Origin: Saccostrea cucullata
Lineage: Eukaryota
DNA length: 64,000 nt
NCBI RefSeq assembly: GCF_032062105.1
Contig: NW_026929843.1
Span: 38,440 to 102,439 of the forward strand
Direction of reading: 5' to 3'
The notes beneath the pieces are model-generated. The model did no database searches and had not been told where the DNA came from. It saw nothing but the letters and a program-made list of their open reading frames with translations. Shown one piece after another: positions 35,206 through 47,416 of this stretch. How positions within the stretch are numbered: position 1 is the stretch's first letter; the number at the start of each line of letters is the position of its first letter. A program made the translations under genes and the position numbers.

Positions 35206-35654
35206 AGGTAAAATTCTTTTATTTTCATTAAAAACTAAAACTAAGTTAAACAATCAAGCATTTCTAACAATTTAGTCATAGTCAAGGAAAAGGTAAAGAT
35301 GAAATTATTTGAAGGGGGTTAAATATTCAGAAAAGTTTATTTTTGGTGGGCGAGGCATTTATTCCATGCCTGTATATTATATTTACCCCACCTCTGATAA
35401 TTTTTCCGTGAAATCCTGGCTTACGATTGGTTGAAGTATGTCACGTGAAGGCGGTGGATTTCTTATACCCGGTCAGTTGTAAATCCATACCCGGTCAGTT
35501 GTAATCTATACCCGGTCGATGTATTACGTCACAAACACAAACGTGACGTCATAGTAGGCATAGTATAAGCGTGATGAAGGATTTAGCAGAGAAAACCATT
35601 TATAAACTACAGATAAAATGTAAATGTTACATCGGTGGGGTAAATTCGTTACAC

Positions 35655-35779
35655 AGTCTTTTAGTGACAGGGTATGGGATGATACCTGGTTAGTAAATTT
35701 CATACCTGACTCGGCTCCGCCTCGCCAGGTATGAAATTTACTAACCAGGTATCATCCCATACCCTGTCACTAAAAGACT
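35655..35779. repeat. near-perfect hairpin: about 54-bp arms, 17-bp loop (35709-35725)
   Basis: 'agtcttttagtgacagggtatgggatgatacctggttagtaaatttcatacctg' and its exact reverse complement flank 'actcggctccgcctcgc'. Confidence 0.85.
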
Positions 35780-36087
35780 ATGTAACTAATAATATCCTGT
35801 TCTTCCTGTATTGCAATCAAATATGGCTCCAATATATGAAGAAAAAATGCAGTAACTGTTTTAATTAATTAGATTTTGTGATATACATGCATCAATAAAA
35901 CAATTTTTCATTCACATTGTTAAGATGTAATACCCAGAAACAAAATTCTTAAATTTGCATCATGATAAAAACAAAACCAGTACAATTGGAATTATACCTG
36001 TTACATGTTCGAGAAAGAGAGAGAGAAAAAGAGTTAAAGGGAGTGGGTTAATGAATTATATTTAGACCAGCTTAGCAGTCAGTCATA

Positions 36088-36700
36088 TAGGGCTGGGCAA
36101 AAATATCAATATTTCAATATATTGTGATACCATTATGACAAAAAATAACATATTGCAATACGATTTTGTAATATCCATATGAAATTGGCAATATGCTTAA
36201 ATTAAGGAACTTTATCATTTGATATAAAAATGGACTTTATGAAAGTTGGTTTTTAAGCCAAACAGTAAGACAGAAGTTGTTTTGTGGGAGCATTTCAGAG
36301 CATTACTTACTGTAAATCACTTTATTCGCGAGAACTTTATTTTCCCCTAATTACGTGAGACGGAATGCTCGCAAAAATTTCATGCTCGCGTATTATAGAA
36401 TTCCTTAAAATTATATAGAGTAATGACCACAATTCGTGAAAATATTGTCTCGCTAATAAAGAGGCAATGACTATCTCCCGAAAATAAGGTGTTGCGAAAA
36501 TGAAAATTATCTACAGTAATTGATATCAACCAGATTATTTTCAGGGTTGGTTTCATATCATAGGTATGTACATTCTGTATGTAAATTGAAGTAAATAAAG
36601 TGATAAAATGTCTTTTTAATTACTTTTAAAATATTGCAATACATATCACAAATATACACTCAGTTAAAAATATCGCAATATATCTCAATACCCGCCCTAG
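36088..36700. mobile_element. MITE, TIRs 'tagggctgggca ... cccgccctag', 'attgcaata'-rich interior (same family as 19878-20669)
   Basis: The termini are seen directly. A partial copy lies at 58640-58745. Confidence 0.65.
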
Positions 36701-37001
36701 TTAGTCAGAAGTATCTCTGATTAAACATCAAAGCAGAATGAAGAATTTATATGCAGCATGCAAGTTCAGTAGTCCTTGAAAAGAAGTTGAAAGTGTGAAA
36801 AAGTATACAGATAACACATGACAGACAAACAGACAGGAAAACATACTATTAGGAAACTGAACAAAACAGCTCACTTATGAGCCTTAATTTATCTCAGTTG
36901 AGCAGATCAAAAGCCAAATCTTCAATTGTATAGAGCCTATTTGCAGCATGTACAGACATCATGAGGATTATATTGACTTTGACCTCTTGACCTCTTTACA
37001 G

Positions 37002-37100
37002 GAAGGATCGGGAACAGGAGAGGAAGAGGAAGAAGATTTCGAGGAAGAAGGAGTAAAAATGAAATTTTATCGTCGCAGTGCAGAGGAGGAGGTTTGTCCA
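37002..37100 (+). CDS. candidate exon of acidic extension: 'EGSGTGEEEEEDFEEEGVKMKFYRRSAEEEVCP'
   Basis: Acceptor cctctttacag, donor gtgagt. Phase 0 to 0. Confidence 0.45.
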
Positions 37101-37113
37101 GTGAGTTCTTATT

Positions 37114-37341
37114 ACTGTATAAGCAGAATTTTTAGCAAGGAGTTAATTTTGGCACTATTAGTGAGGGTGCCAAGAATGCTAATATTGAATATTGCTAAAT
37201 ATTAATTGCATTTTATTTGTAATAGCCTCTTTTGTGAGCATTTTAAAATCGCTAAAATTACTTATTGCTAAAAATAAAACAACCATTTTTAAGGACAAAT
37301 CGCTAAATTTGTGTCTCGCTAAAATTTCCACTGATACAGTA
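37114..37341. mobile_element. about 230-bp MITE ('actgtataagcagaatttttagcaagg ... ccactgatacagta') starting 13 nt after the donor of exon 37002-37100
   Basis: Same family at 44183-44408, 44728-44954 and, in reverse, at 52190-52367. Short inverted termini 'actgtat'. Confidence 0.7.
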
Positions 37342-38497
37342 GGTATAACACCACTTGTTCCATGATAGAAGTTAACAAAATTTTCAACAGCTAAATTTAC
37401 TTAAAAAGAGTTATAGTTAACATCATGTTTGGCAAGATTTTGGAATATACAGCATTCAGATTAGATAAGTTTTACTGTATGTACAGTTGAGCCATATGAA
37501 TGAATAGGCTTGTTTTTCTAGAGTGAATTGTTTGGTATTATAATGAACCATACCTTGTAGCTCACCTCAGCCAAAGGCTTATTAACGTGTTGCTGGGAAC
37601 AAGAATCTGTACCTATTAATGTTAAAGCAAAGACCCCACCCCACCCTTAGGCTACCTAAAAAAATCTTCAGTAAAAATTCAAAATAAATTGACTTCAGTT
37701 AGTTATATAATAATGATGCTATATATACAGGAATATTTTGAAACTCTCCTGCTCAAATAAAAGTATTGAAGTATTTAAATACTGTAGCAGCACAAATTTT
37801 CTTGGGCAAAAATTTCATTATTTTGTCATCAAAAATATTTTTATGGGCATTTAATTTCATTGTTTTGAGACTAATCCTATTCAATATATAGTCATATAAA
37901 ATTTCATGTGGGATTTAATTTCGTTAGATATTGTTAACAACGAAATAAATGAAATTTAATCCCCTACGAATATATGTGCTTTTACAGTAGATATATTCAT
38001 GGGATCAATTTTGTTCAAATCAAGGCCACTGGACATTATAGGGTACATGTACAAGATTTTTAATATAACGCAAAACATTTTTTTTTTTTTGTATTTTTTA
38101 TTATAAATAATAAAGAACAGTAAATCTAGATTTTCACATTGTGAAATACAGAAATCTGGCTAATTTTGGATTTCAATGGAGAAACTTGACCAACACTTTT
38201 CATATACAGGTTTGACTCTGCCAGAGTATAAACATCCAAGAAAATTGAACCCAAATCAATTTCTCTCGGTAAAATGTCTTAAATGAGAAGGATGGAGTTG
38301 TTTTTTAATCTCTCTGTTAGTATTTTATCTTTCTTTTCTTGTGTTTCTTTGAGTTCTGAAAAATGATTGACAGAATTTGTTCAATCAAAATACAATACTT
38401 GTATGATTTATTCAAATATGGAAGTTGCTTAGAAGTTTTCGGTTGTTACAAAAAGTTAATTTACCCAATGGCATATTTATTTTTATTTAATTTTCAG

Positions 38498-38560
38498 GAT
38501 GATCTCGAGGTTTATGAAGAAGCATATGAAGCCTTTGAATGTGCAGAACCTGCTTCCGAA
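38498..38560 (+). CDS. candidate exon of acidic extension: 'DDLEVYEEAYEAFECAEPASE'
   Basis: Acceptor aattttcag, donor gtatgt. Phase 0 to 0. Confidence 0.45.
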
Positions 38561-40029
38561 GTATGTTAAGTTAGAGTTATTCATTTCACTTTTCATGATT
38601 ATCTGTGGAAACCTGAATATAAATGTAATTTAAATCAACTATTATTTGCGTAATATTTTTATTTGCGATTCATGAATATGAAACCAATTTGTAATTGTCA
38701 CAATATATTTTCATGAATGATGAAACATACTAAATACCAAGCAAAATAAATGGTTCACAGCAAGTAATATTCTTGAGATTATAGTAGGATGCAACACTTG
38801 CTGAATAGATATTTCTTGCACACAAATAAAAATCGTTTACAGTAGAAAAATGTATGTTTGTAACAAGCAAAAATAATATGCTTTGAATAAGTACATACAT
38901 GTATATTGTTCCTGGATCATACTGGTCAGTGCATATTCTGAAAGGATAGCTTAATATAGACGTTTTGACAACACAGTGGCAGTCATTTTTTTTTTTCAAG
39001 ATGAACATTATTTTAAAAATTATGTTAAGGATTTCACCATGATTTAATATTTATAAGACAATGTCTGAATGTTAAAATTATAATAAACGATCATTAGCTG
39101 TTAAAAACAGATAGGCCAAGGATACAGGGGTCACCTTCAGAACACTGTATACTGTAAATGTATTACATTTAGTGCGTACGATATTTGGTGGAAATTGATT
39201 TTTGAATGAGTTAGCATAGATTTGATTTAGTGCATATATAAATATATGAGCAAGACATTTAACGTTGTACTTTAATAAACGGAAGATCCTTTCCGCCAAA
39301 AACGCTAAGAAGAATACACAGCCAAAAGTAATATGTTTACAGTAATTATCATCATTTTGAAGAGGCAGGGGCTCAACAAAGAATTTACCATTACATACAT
39401 GTATAACTTAAATCTTTAGAAATGATAAATGTCTCATAAGCCATTGAAAATAATTTGGCAAAGAAAAAATTTCATCAAACTTTTTACTTTTAAAATTTGA
39501 TCCTTTAATATTGTTTATATCTTTAATATAGAGAGCTCTTCTTTTAAAGAGATCAATAAAGTCTGGTGGCCACATCCACCCAATCCTCTAAAAAACCCCA
39601 AAAGGTTCAATTAATTTTGTAAAATTCCTTTGACATATTTTTACCCCAAATACTGGCTTATAAAGGTTAGGTTTTCTGATACAAAAGCCTCTTTCATCTA
39701 TATGTTTGTAACTGTGTAACATTAATTGTTAATCAGTCAACTTAGTGACACAAAATATGCACAGTGGGGAAGAATTAGTAGTTCCTACACACGGCAGGAA
39801 AACTAATGAAGACTCATGCAATTATTTTTAATTAACAATGAACAAGAAAAATCTACTCAGTGATGTGAACTATTTGGGCTAGAGCATATCAGTGAAAGCT
39901 TCATAATGTCTTCAAGATCTAATGTAATTGTTGAAATATTGAATCCAGGGGACAGAATAAGGAAGATGTCTGATATACCGGAAAAAGTTCTTTTGAATCC
40001 TTTTTAGAACAGGCAAGGCAAAGTTGCAC

Positions 40030-40400
40030 ATTAATTAGGGCCCCGCTTGGCGGGCGCTCTATAATGATCAGTCTGTCCGTCCATCTAGCTGTCCATCCAA
40101 TATCTCTTGTCTGGAGCATATCTTCTTCTTGGCCCAATCTGGCTCATACCTCACCCACAGAGTGCTTTTGGGTAACTGGTGTGCAGTGACTTTGAACCAG
40201 ATATCTAGGTCAAAGGTCAAGGTCATAGCAGAATTTTATGAAAAATCCTTGTCAGGTGCATATTTTCTCTCTCCTTGGCCCAATTTGGAAATTACTTCAC
40301 TCACAGAGTTCCACTGGTCAATGGATGTGCAGTGAGCTTGGTTGAAGTGTCTAGGTCATGGTCAGAATTAGCCTCTCTGTTTAAAATCTTTGTTTGTTGC
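40030..40400. mobile_element. hairpin/(gtcy)n-headed MITE with an internal about 125-bp tandem duplication (oyster 'pearl'-like organisation)
   Basis: 'ccccgcttggcgggcgc' head, then 'gtctgtccgtccatctagctgtccatcc', then two similar about 125-bp units ('ttggcccaat[c/t]tgg...cacagag...gtgcagtga'). Confidence 0.55.
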
Positions 40401-43400
40401 ATAATTTTTCTCTCTAATTCCAGTAAATTTATATAACGGGGGATACAAGATAACTTTGATTAATATCTGTAAATACGCAATATCCGTGAAGTCGTACTAA
40501 ATTACTTTTACTATATTACACAAATGTTCCTCTTCAAAATAAACCCTAAGGCTTTTAGTCTACCGGTACCTTACGTTTTCATGTTCATTGTTGAAAGCTG
40601 GGTCCTTTGAGATGGCCACCATCTCAATGATATCTAGTTTTCTTTGTTCTGCAGCATCAGATTGCTGAAATCTTGGCTCATGGGATTGGGATAGGTAAAC
40701 ACTTTTTAAAACAAAATTTTTAAACAAAATTTAGACATCCGTTGATAGAAACACATCTCAAATTTCACCTTTTGATGAACAAAATATTGGTATTTTCATT
40801 AAATGAATGTTCAAAATATGACATTTTTGATTAATGTTAATTAAAGACTGCTCTTTAAAAAATTTGTATATGTAACAGGTCAGAAGTGTTGCAATCTTCA
40901 ACAAATAATATTTAAAAATTAGGTAAATTACAAACATTTGCCTTAAGTCAACGTCACCTATCTGCCAGTGGGATGTATGGTTCTTGGTTTAAAGTTGTAG
41001 ATTTATAAGAAAAGTCACTTTAGCTTAAGAGGCAGTCCACCGAAAAACCAGGCAATAGGTGGCACATGGCATGCCATGGATTTTAATTATTTTTTGCATG
41101 TAGACTTCTTTAAGCAAGTGTTTACACATGACAACATCAAAAATTTTTTTAGTGATCCTCTAGTCCTATTATTGGTAAATGTCTAATTTTAAGTGCAAAA
41201 AGGTCAACATTAGGGTATAAAAAATACTACGTTTTTATTTTGTTTTATATGTAACAGATACTCAAAAGCTAAATGTGTCAATCAATATTATTTATAGGAA
41301 AGACTCTTATCTTTTATTTTATAATGAATAAGACTCCAAATTTTATTTCTTTAGAAAAAAATAATGTGGTCCAAAATTGAGTTTAACAAGTGACTTTTTG
41401 AATTCAGTATCCGATTTTTGATACTTTATAAAATCCAATACATTATTATGACAGAATTTTTTCCTCATGTTATTATGAATACAAAGTACAAACTTTTGAG
41501 TCACTTCATAAAATTGGTGGGAACAGGTATATTGAGGGAAATAAAAGGAGTCAAATTCACCTATTATCTACAATTTTTCCCAAATTAAATCGATCCCGAT
41601 CGGAATTATATAAAGAAGAAAATACTATAATTGTATTGTTAAATTTGGCTCTTTTGTTGTTACATACTTCAAAATTTACTAAATCTATTTTTATACATGT
41701 CTTATAGGTGGCAGTTGCCTTTAATTTGATAACTTTACAAATTTTGAATTATTTTCGATCGGGATCAGTTTTATTTCAATCGGGTGTGGTTTTTAGGAAT
41801 ATTTCCTAAACATGGTTTTTCATTTTAATTTACCAGAGAAATAATATGCTTATCTTTTGTTTCTTTTCAGTCAGTAAAATGTTTTAGAAGATTTTGTTAT
41901 TATATTCAAATGTATATGTATATATCTAAATTCCTCATGTCTTTTACGTACGAGAATTGAAGATTACAGTGTGCATGTAAAACATCTTTGATTTCTTGAT
42001 ACTCTGTATTAAAAAAAGACATTAGTGTTTGTACATGCATTATGCAGCAGCTGAGAGATCATTAAATATCTTATTTCCAAGTAATTTTTTTTTCTTTCAT
42101 TAATGTTTTCTCAGGAATTAATAAGGAGTTAAATTCTATTAGTGGGGCACGTACCTACAGTGTAAATACAGAAAATATTTTTATGTGTATAGTCTCGGGT
42201 TTATCCAAGTTTTTTCAACCCGTCATCTGTTAATCCTTTTCCCCTATATATTCTTTCACAAAATCTTATTTTATGTAAATAAAAAAAGTTCTTTTATACA
42301 CATCATTATTTAAGAGCCCATAAATCGCAAGCAAAAAGCACGGGGGGGGGATCATGGCATCATTTTTTCAAAAACTGGTTTCATGAATATAAAAAACGTT
42401 TTAGAATTGGTCAACATAGCCACATATTTTAACTCCATATTAAAAGTGAGTGTGTAATTATTTCGATCCCCTAATTATAAAAAAAAAAATAATAAAAAAA
42501 AAACAGAAACGTTTCACTGAACCATCTTCCGTTTTAGTGTCAAATTGAAGTGGGGAGTTCAGCAGTAATCTTCCGTAATAAATATTATTGTAACTTAAAT
42601 TATTTATCAGATTTTTTTTTTCATATTTTCCGCTGCTTGTTTATTTTTATTTGACTGCAAAGATAAATATATTAAAGATATTACAAAAAATGTATCATGA
42701 TGTAAACATCTCAACTTCGTTAAATTAATTTTGCGTAAATCTAAAATATTCACGATTCCTTGATAATCAGGAAAAAAAAACTTTCACATCCCAATAACAT
42801 AAGAAATATTTGGTATAAACACTATAAAAATTAACTAGCTTTGCGCATATCCTAGTATTAAAACATGTATATGAAGATATAAAAATATTATTTAACATTT
42901 TGGATAATGCACTGTGTAGAGTAATTGAACAGAAAAGGGGAAATTACTTATTTTTAATTATTTTTCTTAGCACTTTTACGCAGAGAATTTACAAACTTTT
43001 CTGGAAGTCTTGTAACTATTTGATTGTGACGCAGTATTAGTCAGGCATATGACGTCACTGATGCATCAATGGAAACGTGGATTCAACCTGAATAATACAA
43101 CCCATTTTTATCCAAATATTACGTTTGAAGGCGTAAATGAGTTCTATTCTGAAAATAAAGTAGTTATTTTTTGTTTAATAATTTTCTTTAGTGTGTCGAT
43201 TCTAAATATTTCTCTTGGATTCCGATAGTAAGGTGTGTTTCAGATTTACCGATTCCACGGGAGATAACTCTTGCACTGCAAAATTTCATAAAAACGTCTA
43301 TATATTTTGCCAGAAAACTAATTCAAAAGTGTTTTTCCCACCGATTTTATTTTTGAAACAGAAAGATGAAATATTTCTAGATTTAGTTCAGCGTGAATTA

Positions 43401-43679
43401 TAGTACTGTTAAAAATGTATTGGAAGTTACAGTTCTTTGTTTCTGACCTAAATTCAATGGTTTATATAGGGGAACCCAATAACACGAAAGAAACAGATAT
43501 TTTACTAAATAAGTAATTTTCAAACAAATCTTCGATTACATTATTCCATTTGGACTACATTGATATTGTTTTCAATAAAATATCAAATATTCCTCACATT
43601 CGATGTGCCGCCTATCAATACAAAACTGCCTGGTTTTTCGGTGGACTGCCTCTTAAATGTTTTTTCATTCTCTTCCCAG

Positions 43680-43721
43680 GAAGAAGCTATGGACGTTGAT
43701 GAATTGTGTTTGGAGTCTGAG
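43680..43721 (+). CDS. candidate exon: 'EEAMDVDELCLESE'
   Basis: Acceptor ctcttcccag, donor gtatgt. Phase 0 to 0. Confidence 0.4.
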
Positions 43722-44182
43722 GTATGTTTTAATTACGATATATTTATTTAGTCCCATGATTACTACATGTAAGTGAGATTGAGAGTGTATAGAAACAAAA
43801 TTTGTTCAATCAATTGAAACCAAAGGAATACTTTGCAGTATATATAGCTAAGTACTGTAGTTAATACCTGACAGATATTTGTTGCTTAAAAATGACTGAA
43901 TTGCTACACAGTGAACATGCTGTAGGCCATATTTAAGGTGGACAAAGATTTGCTGAAAATATTATCATGCTTGTTTACGTAAGGGATAAATAAGGATGAA
44001 AAATAAATTTTTAAAAATAAATTTCTAAAGGTAAAACTGAAAATCAGATGGAATATTTGTTAACAATTGAAAAGAATAATTTCATTGAGTTGAATGATCA
44101 GCCTTTTTTTCAAAAGCTGATCATGATTGACAAGTTGACCTGTATAAAATCATATTTTACCTTTTTAATCAATAGACATAAA

Positions 44183-44408
44183 CCGTACAAGTGGAATTTT
44201 TAGTGATGATTTTATTTTGGCATTATTAGTGAGGGTGCTGTTGATCACTAAAATTAAATATCGCTAAAAATTGATTGCATTTTATATGCATTAGCTTCTT
44301 TCGTGAGTAATTTAAAATCACCAACATTACATCTCGCTAAAAATTGAATGCCACCATTTGAGAACAAATCGCTAATTTGCGTCTCACTAAAAATTCCACT
44401 TATACCAT
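44183..44408. mobile_element. MITE copy (37114 family), about 200 nt upstream of exon 44606
   Basis: 'ccgtacaagtggaatttttagtgatg...cactaaaaattccacttatacc'. Confidence 0.65.
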
Positions 44409-44605
44409 AATTATATCTTAATGATATTTTGATGGATCAATTTGTATCTTACAATCATCTTAAGATTATTATTGATTTTAAGGTAGCTTACATGTAATTA
44501 TAAAGAAACCTTTCTTCACTGCGCACTAAAGAGTTCTGATTCTATTGTATTTGTTCTGCAGTTTACTATAATTATAATGTTTTATTTTGAATCCATAAAT
44601 TTCAG

Positions 44606-44704
44606 ATTGACGATATCCACTCTAAAATGAAAGAAAATGTAGAAAAAGTACTAGAGAGGGGTGAAAAACTAGACAATTTAACTGAGAAATCACAAACACT
44701 TATG
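44606..44704 (+). CDS. candidate exon with R-SNARE (synaptobrevin)-like heptad sequence: 'IDDIHSKMKENVEKVLERGEKLDNLTEKSQTLM'
   Basis: Acceptor aaatttcag, donor gttagt. Phase 0 to 0. Aligns with VAMP2 '[33 protein letters not shown]' (about 12/23 identical in the core). Confidence 0.5.
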
Positions 44705-44727
44705 GTTAGTTGATTGCCTGTTTTATA

Positions 44728-44954
44728 CCGTATAAGTAGAAATTTTAGCAAGGATTTTATTTTGGCATTATTAGCGAGGGTGCTGAGATCGCTAAAATTG
44801 AATGTCGCTAAAAATTAATTGCGTTTTATTTGTAATAGCTTCTTCAGTATGCAATTTAAAAACGCTAAAATAACATCTCGCTAAAAATAGATTACCAATT
44901 TTATAGGACAAATCGCTAAATTTGTGTCTCGCTAAAATTTCCACTTATACAGTA
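44728..44954. mobile_element. MITE copy (37114 family) starting 23 nt after the donor of exon 44606-44704
   Basis: 'ccgtataagtagaaattttagcaagg ... ccacttatacagta'. Confidence 0.7.
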
Positions 44955-45136
44955 TTTGCATGTTTGTTTTCCATTTAACTGGCCCAGGGTCTGTGCTTGT
45001 AAACATGAATTTGCCACTGTGGGATAACACTACTTTCATCAGAAAGCCCGATATTGTGGACAATGCAGAAAATATTCATTAGATGCAAAATAGTTGTCTT
45101 AATATTGGACTGATGAAGAATAAATTATTTAATAAG

Positions 45137-45304
45137 GATGCCTCCCCTGTTATCATGGACATGGGTTCACTGTTTATGAAGGCGGGGTTTGCTGGGGACG
45201 ACGCCCCCGAGCAGAATTTGAGACAACCGTTGGACGTCCTCGACATCAGGGCGTGATGGTCGGCATGGGACAGAAAGACTTGTACGTCGGAAAAGAGGTC
45301 ACAG
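45137..45304 (+). pseudogene. actin N-terminal-like exon (actin exon-1 equivalent), frameshifted in a C5 run (45204-45208); possibly a real exon of the host gene
   Basis: Acceptor taataag, donor gttagg. Upstream frame '[24 protein letters not shown]'. Downstream frame '(R)[31 protein letters not shown]' matches actin '[38 protein letters not shown]'. Canonical actin has 6 C where 5 are present. With 6 C the exon would be phase 0 in and phase 1 out, matching both neighbouring exons. Confidence 0.5.
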
Positions 45305-45670
45305 GTTAGGATTCTTGTAGCTTAGATATTAAATTTTTCTTATAATTGTATAGTAATCCGAATTCAATAATAATTATCATTTAAGACTATTTTTTTTATC
45401 ATTTTGAAAAGCTCTATTAACTTATAAGTAGTATATGTATATACTTTTATTGAATTCTATTGCTCACTCAGTCTTATAGTTTTCAGGTTTTTTAATATTT
45501 TTTCCCTTGAAAATTTGCAAAATTAAAAAAACTTACTAATATAAGGAATTCAAAAATTACCCATGGCAAATTAAAGAACAAATGATATTTTATTTATGAA
45601 TTCATCACACTTTCCACAACATAAATAAGAAAAGGTTTCCTGTCTTGAGGATTGATTACTTTTTTTATAG

Positions 45671-45724
45671 GAGCAAAACCTGTGTTAGGAAAAGTATTGG
45701 AAAAGCTTTCTTCATCTTTGGAAG
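45671..45724 (+). CDS. candidate exon: '(G)AKPVLGKVLEKLSSSLE'
   Basis: Excellent acceptor ttttttatag and donor gtaaga. Phase 1 in, 1 out. Links the (corrected) actin-like exon to exon 47417. Confidence 0.45.
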
Positions 45725-46384
45725 GTAAGACTAGATGAGTAGTAACAAACCCATGTCACCATGCAGCAACAAAATTAATATTATGAACTTTCAAGTTATA
45801 ACTTAAACAACAGGGATCATATATGAGAATGGATACAAGTGATTTTATGAACCTTGCAAATATTGGCCATGCACCTGAACAAGAAATGAATTAATATTAA
45901 CAAGAACACAAATAATTTAATAATAATTTTTATGAATGTCAACAATTTAAACCTGAAAATAAAATGTTACCTGGTACACTATTTAAAAACAATTATTTAC
46001 AATACCATACTGACTATAACATAAGCAAGAAATGAATTTGGCACCTGAAGAGTTATGCATCAAATACTGGGGATTTCTGCATCAGAATCGGGTGAATTCA
46101 TAAGAATGCTATGACGAATTAAAATGGAAAATGTTTGCAAAGAAATGTGAACATCTATGATAATGAAGAAAGCTTAAATACATAGCACTTAATGTTAATT
46201 AGTTGAGTCCATTTCAAGTGGGATTATGATGGCTTTAGCCTGAGAAACCCTGGATACATGAGTCATTTTAAACCAGGCTCCAGGATCATGAAACGAACTT
46301 AGACTTAATTAATTCAAATTTTTATTCCCAAGTAAAATATTTATTTATTATTGAATTATTATACCCTATGCAACTATTTGCGTG

Positions 46385-46920
46385 AGGTATAATGTTTTTG
46401 ACCAGTCCGTCAGTCAGTCCGTCCGTCTGTCAGTCAGTCAGTCAGTCAGTCAGTCCTTCCTTTTTGTCAGCGCAACTCCTCATAAACCACTGCACAGAAT
46501 TTCGTCAAACTTTGCAGGTATATAGGACACAATGTGTAGATATGCATATTACCAGGAAATTCTGATACCATTATTTTTTTCACAGAATTTTTTGTCAGCG
46601 CAACTCCTCATAAACCGCTGCACAGATTTTTGTCAAACTTTGGAGATGTTTAGGACACCGTGTGTAGATGTGCATATTACCAGGAAATCCGATTCCTTTT
46701 TTTTCTGGGAATTTCGGCACTTTACAACTTAGATTTTTGGGGATATCTTTAATGTAGTGGTGAACAGTTTGTCAGCGCAACTCCTCATAAACCGCTGCAC
46801 AGAATTTCATCAAACTTTGCAAATATTTAGGACACAATTTGTAGATGTGCATATAACCCGAAAATTCTCCGATTCCTTTATTTTTTTTCCGGGATTTTCA
46901 GCACTTTGAGTTTTGGGGGA
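46385..46920. repeat. (gtca/gtcc)n microsatellite followed by about 4 tandem units of about 125 bp ('ttgtcagcgcaactcctcataaaccgctgcacagaatttcgtcaaactttg...')
   Basis: Units start near 46465, 46590, 46765 and (partial) 46860. Confidence 0.75.
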
Positions 46921-47416
46921 GCGTGGGGTATGTGAGCCTGCTCACTTTTTCTTTCATTCTCTTAAATTGTAGATAACAAAACATTTGTAAAGCAATATTG
47001 ACAAATAGTATAGTTTTTGTCTGCTTGGCTTATAAAACATTTTAGAAAAAATGAAAGATTTAGACTTAAGCTTATAATGTTTCATGAATCATGATCCTGG
47101 GGCCAGACCTCTAGTGACTTTCTTAACATAAGATGTAGTATTAGTCTATGCAGAAATCTTTTCCGAGCAGGTCTGAGATTAAGTATACCAGTGCATGGGG
47201 AATAGGGGCTCCTAGGCAGCTATCAGTTTTTTTGGATTGTAAGATGAACATAGTTTCATTGATCATAAAAAAATGCTTTCATTGATAACAAAGGATAACT
47301 AGATCTCACAACTTGAAGATAATTTTTCCCTTTTTTGTCACTTGTTCAGTTAAAGAGAAATTCATGTATTAAATGATTATGAAGTATTGCATGATATTCT
47401 GATTACTTTAATCTAG

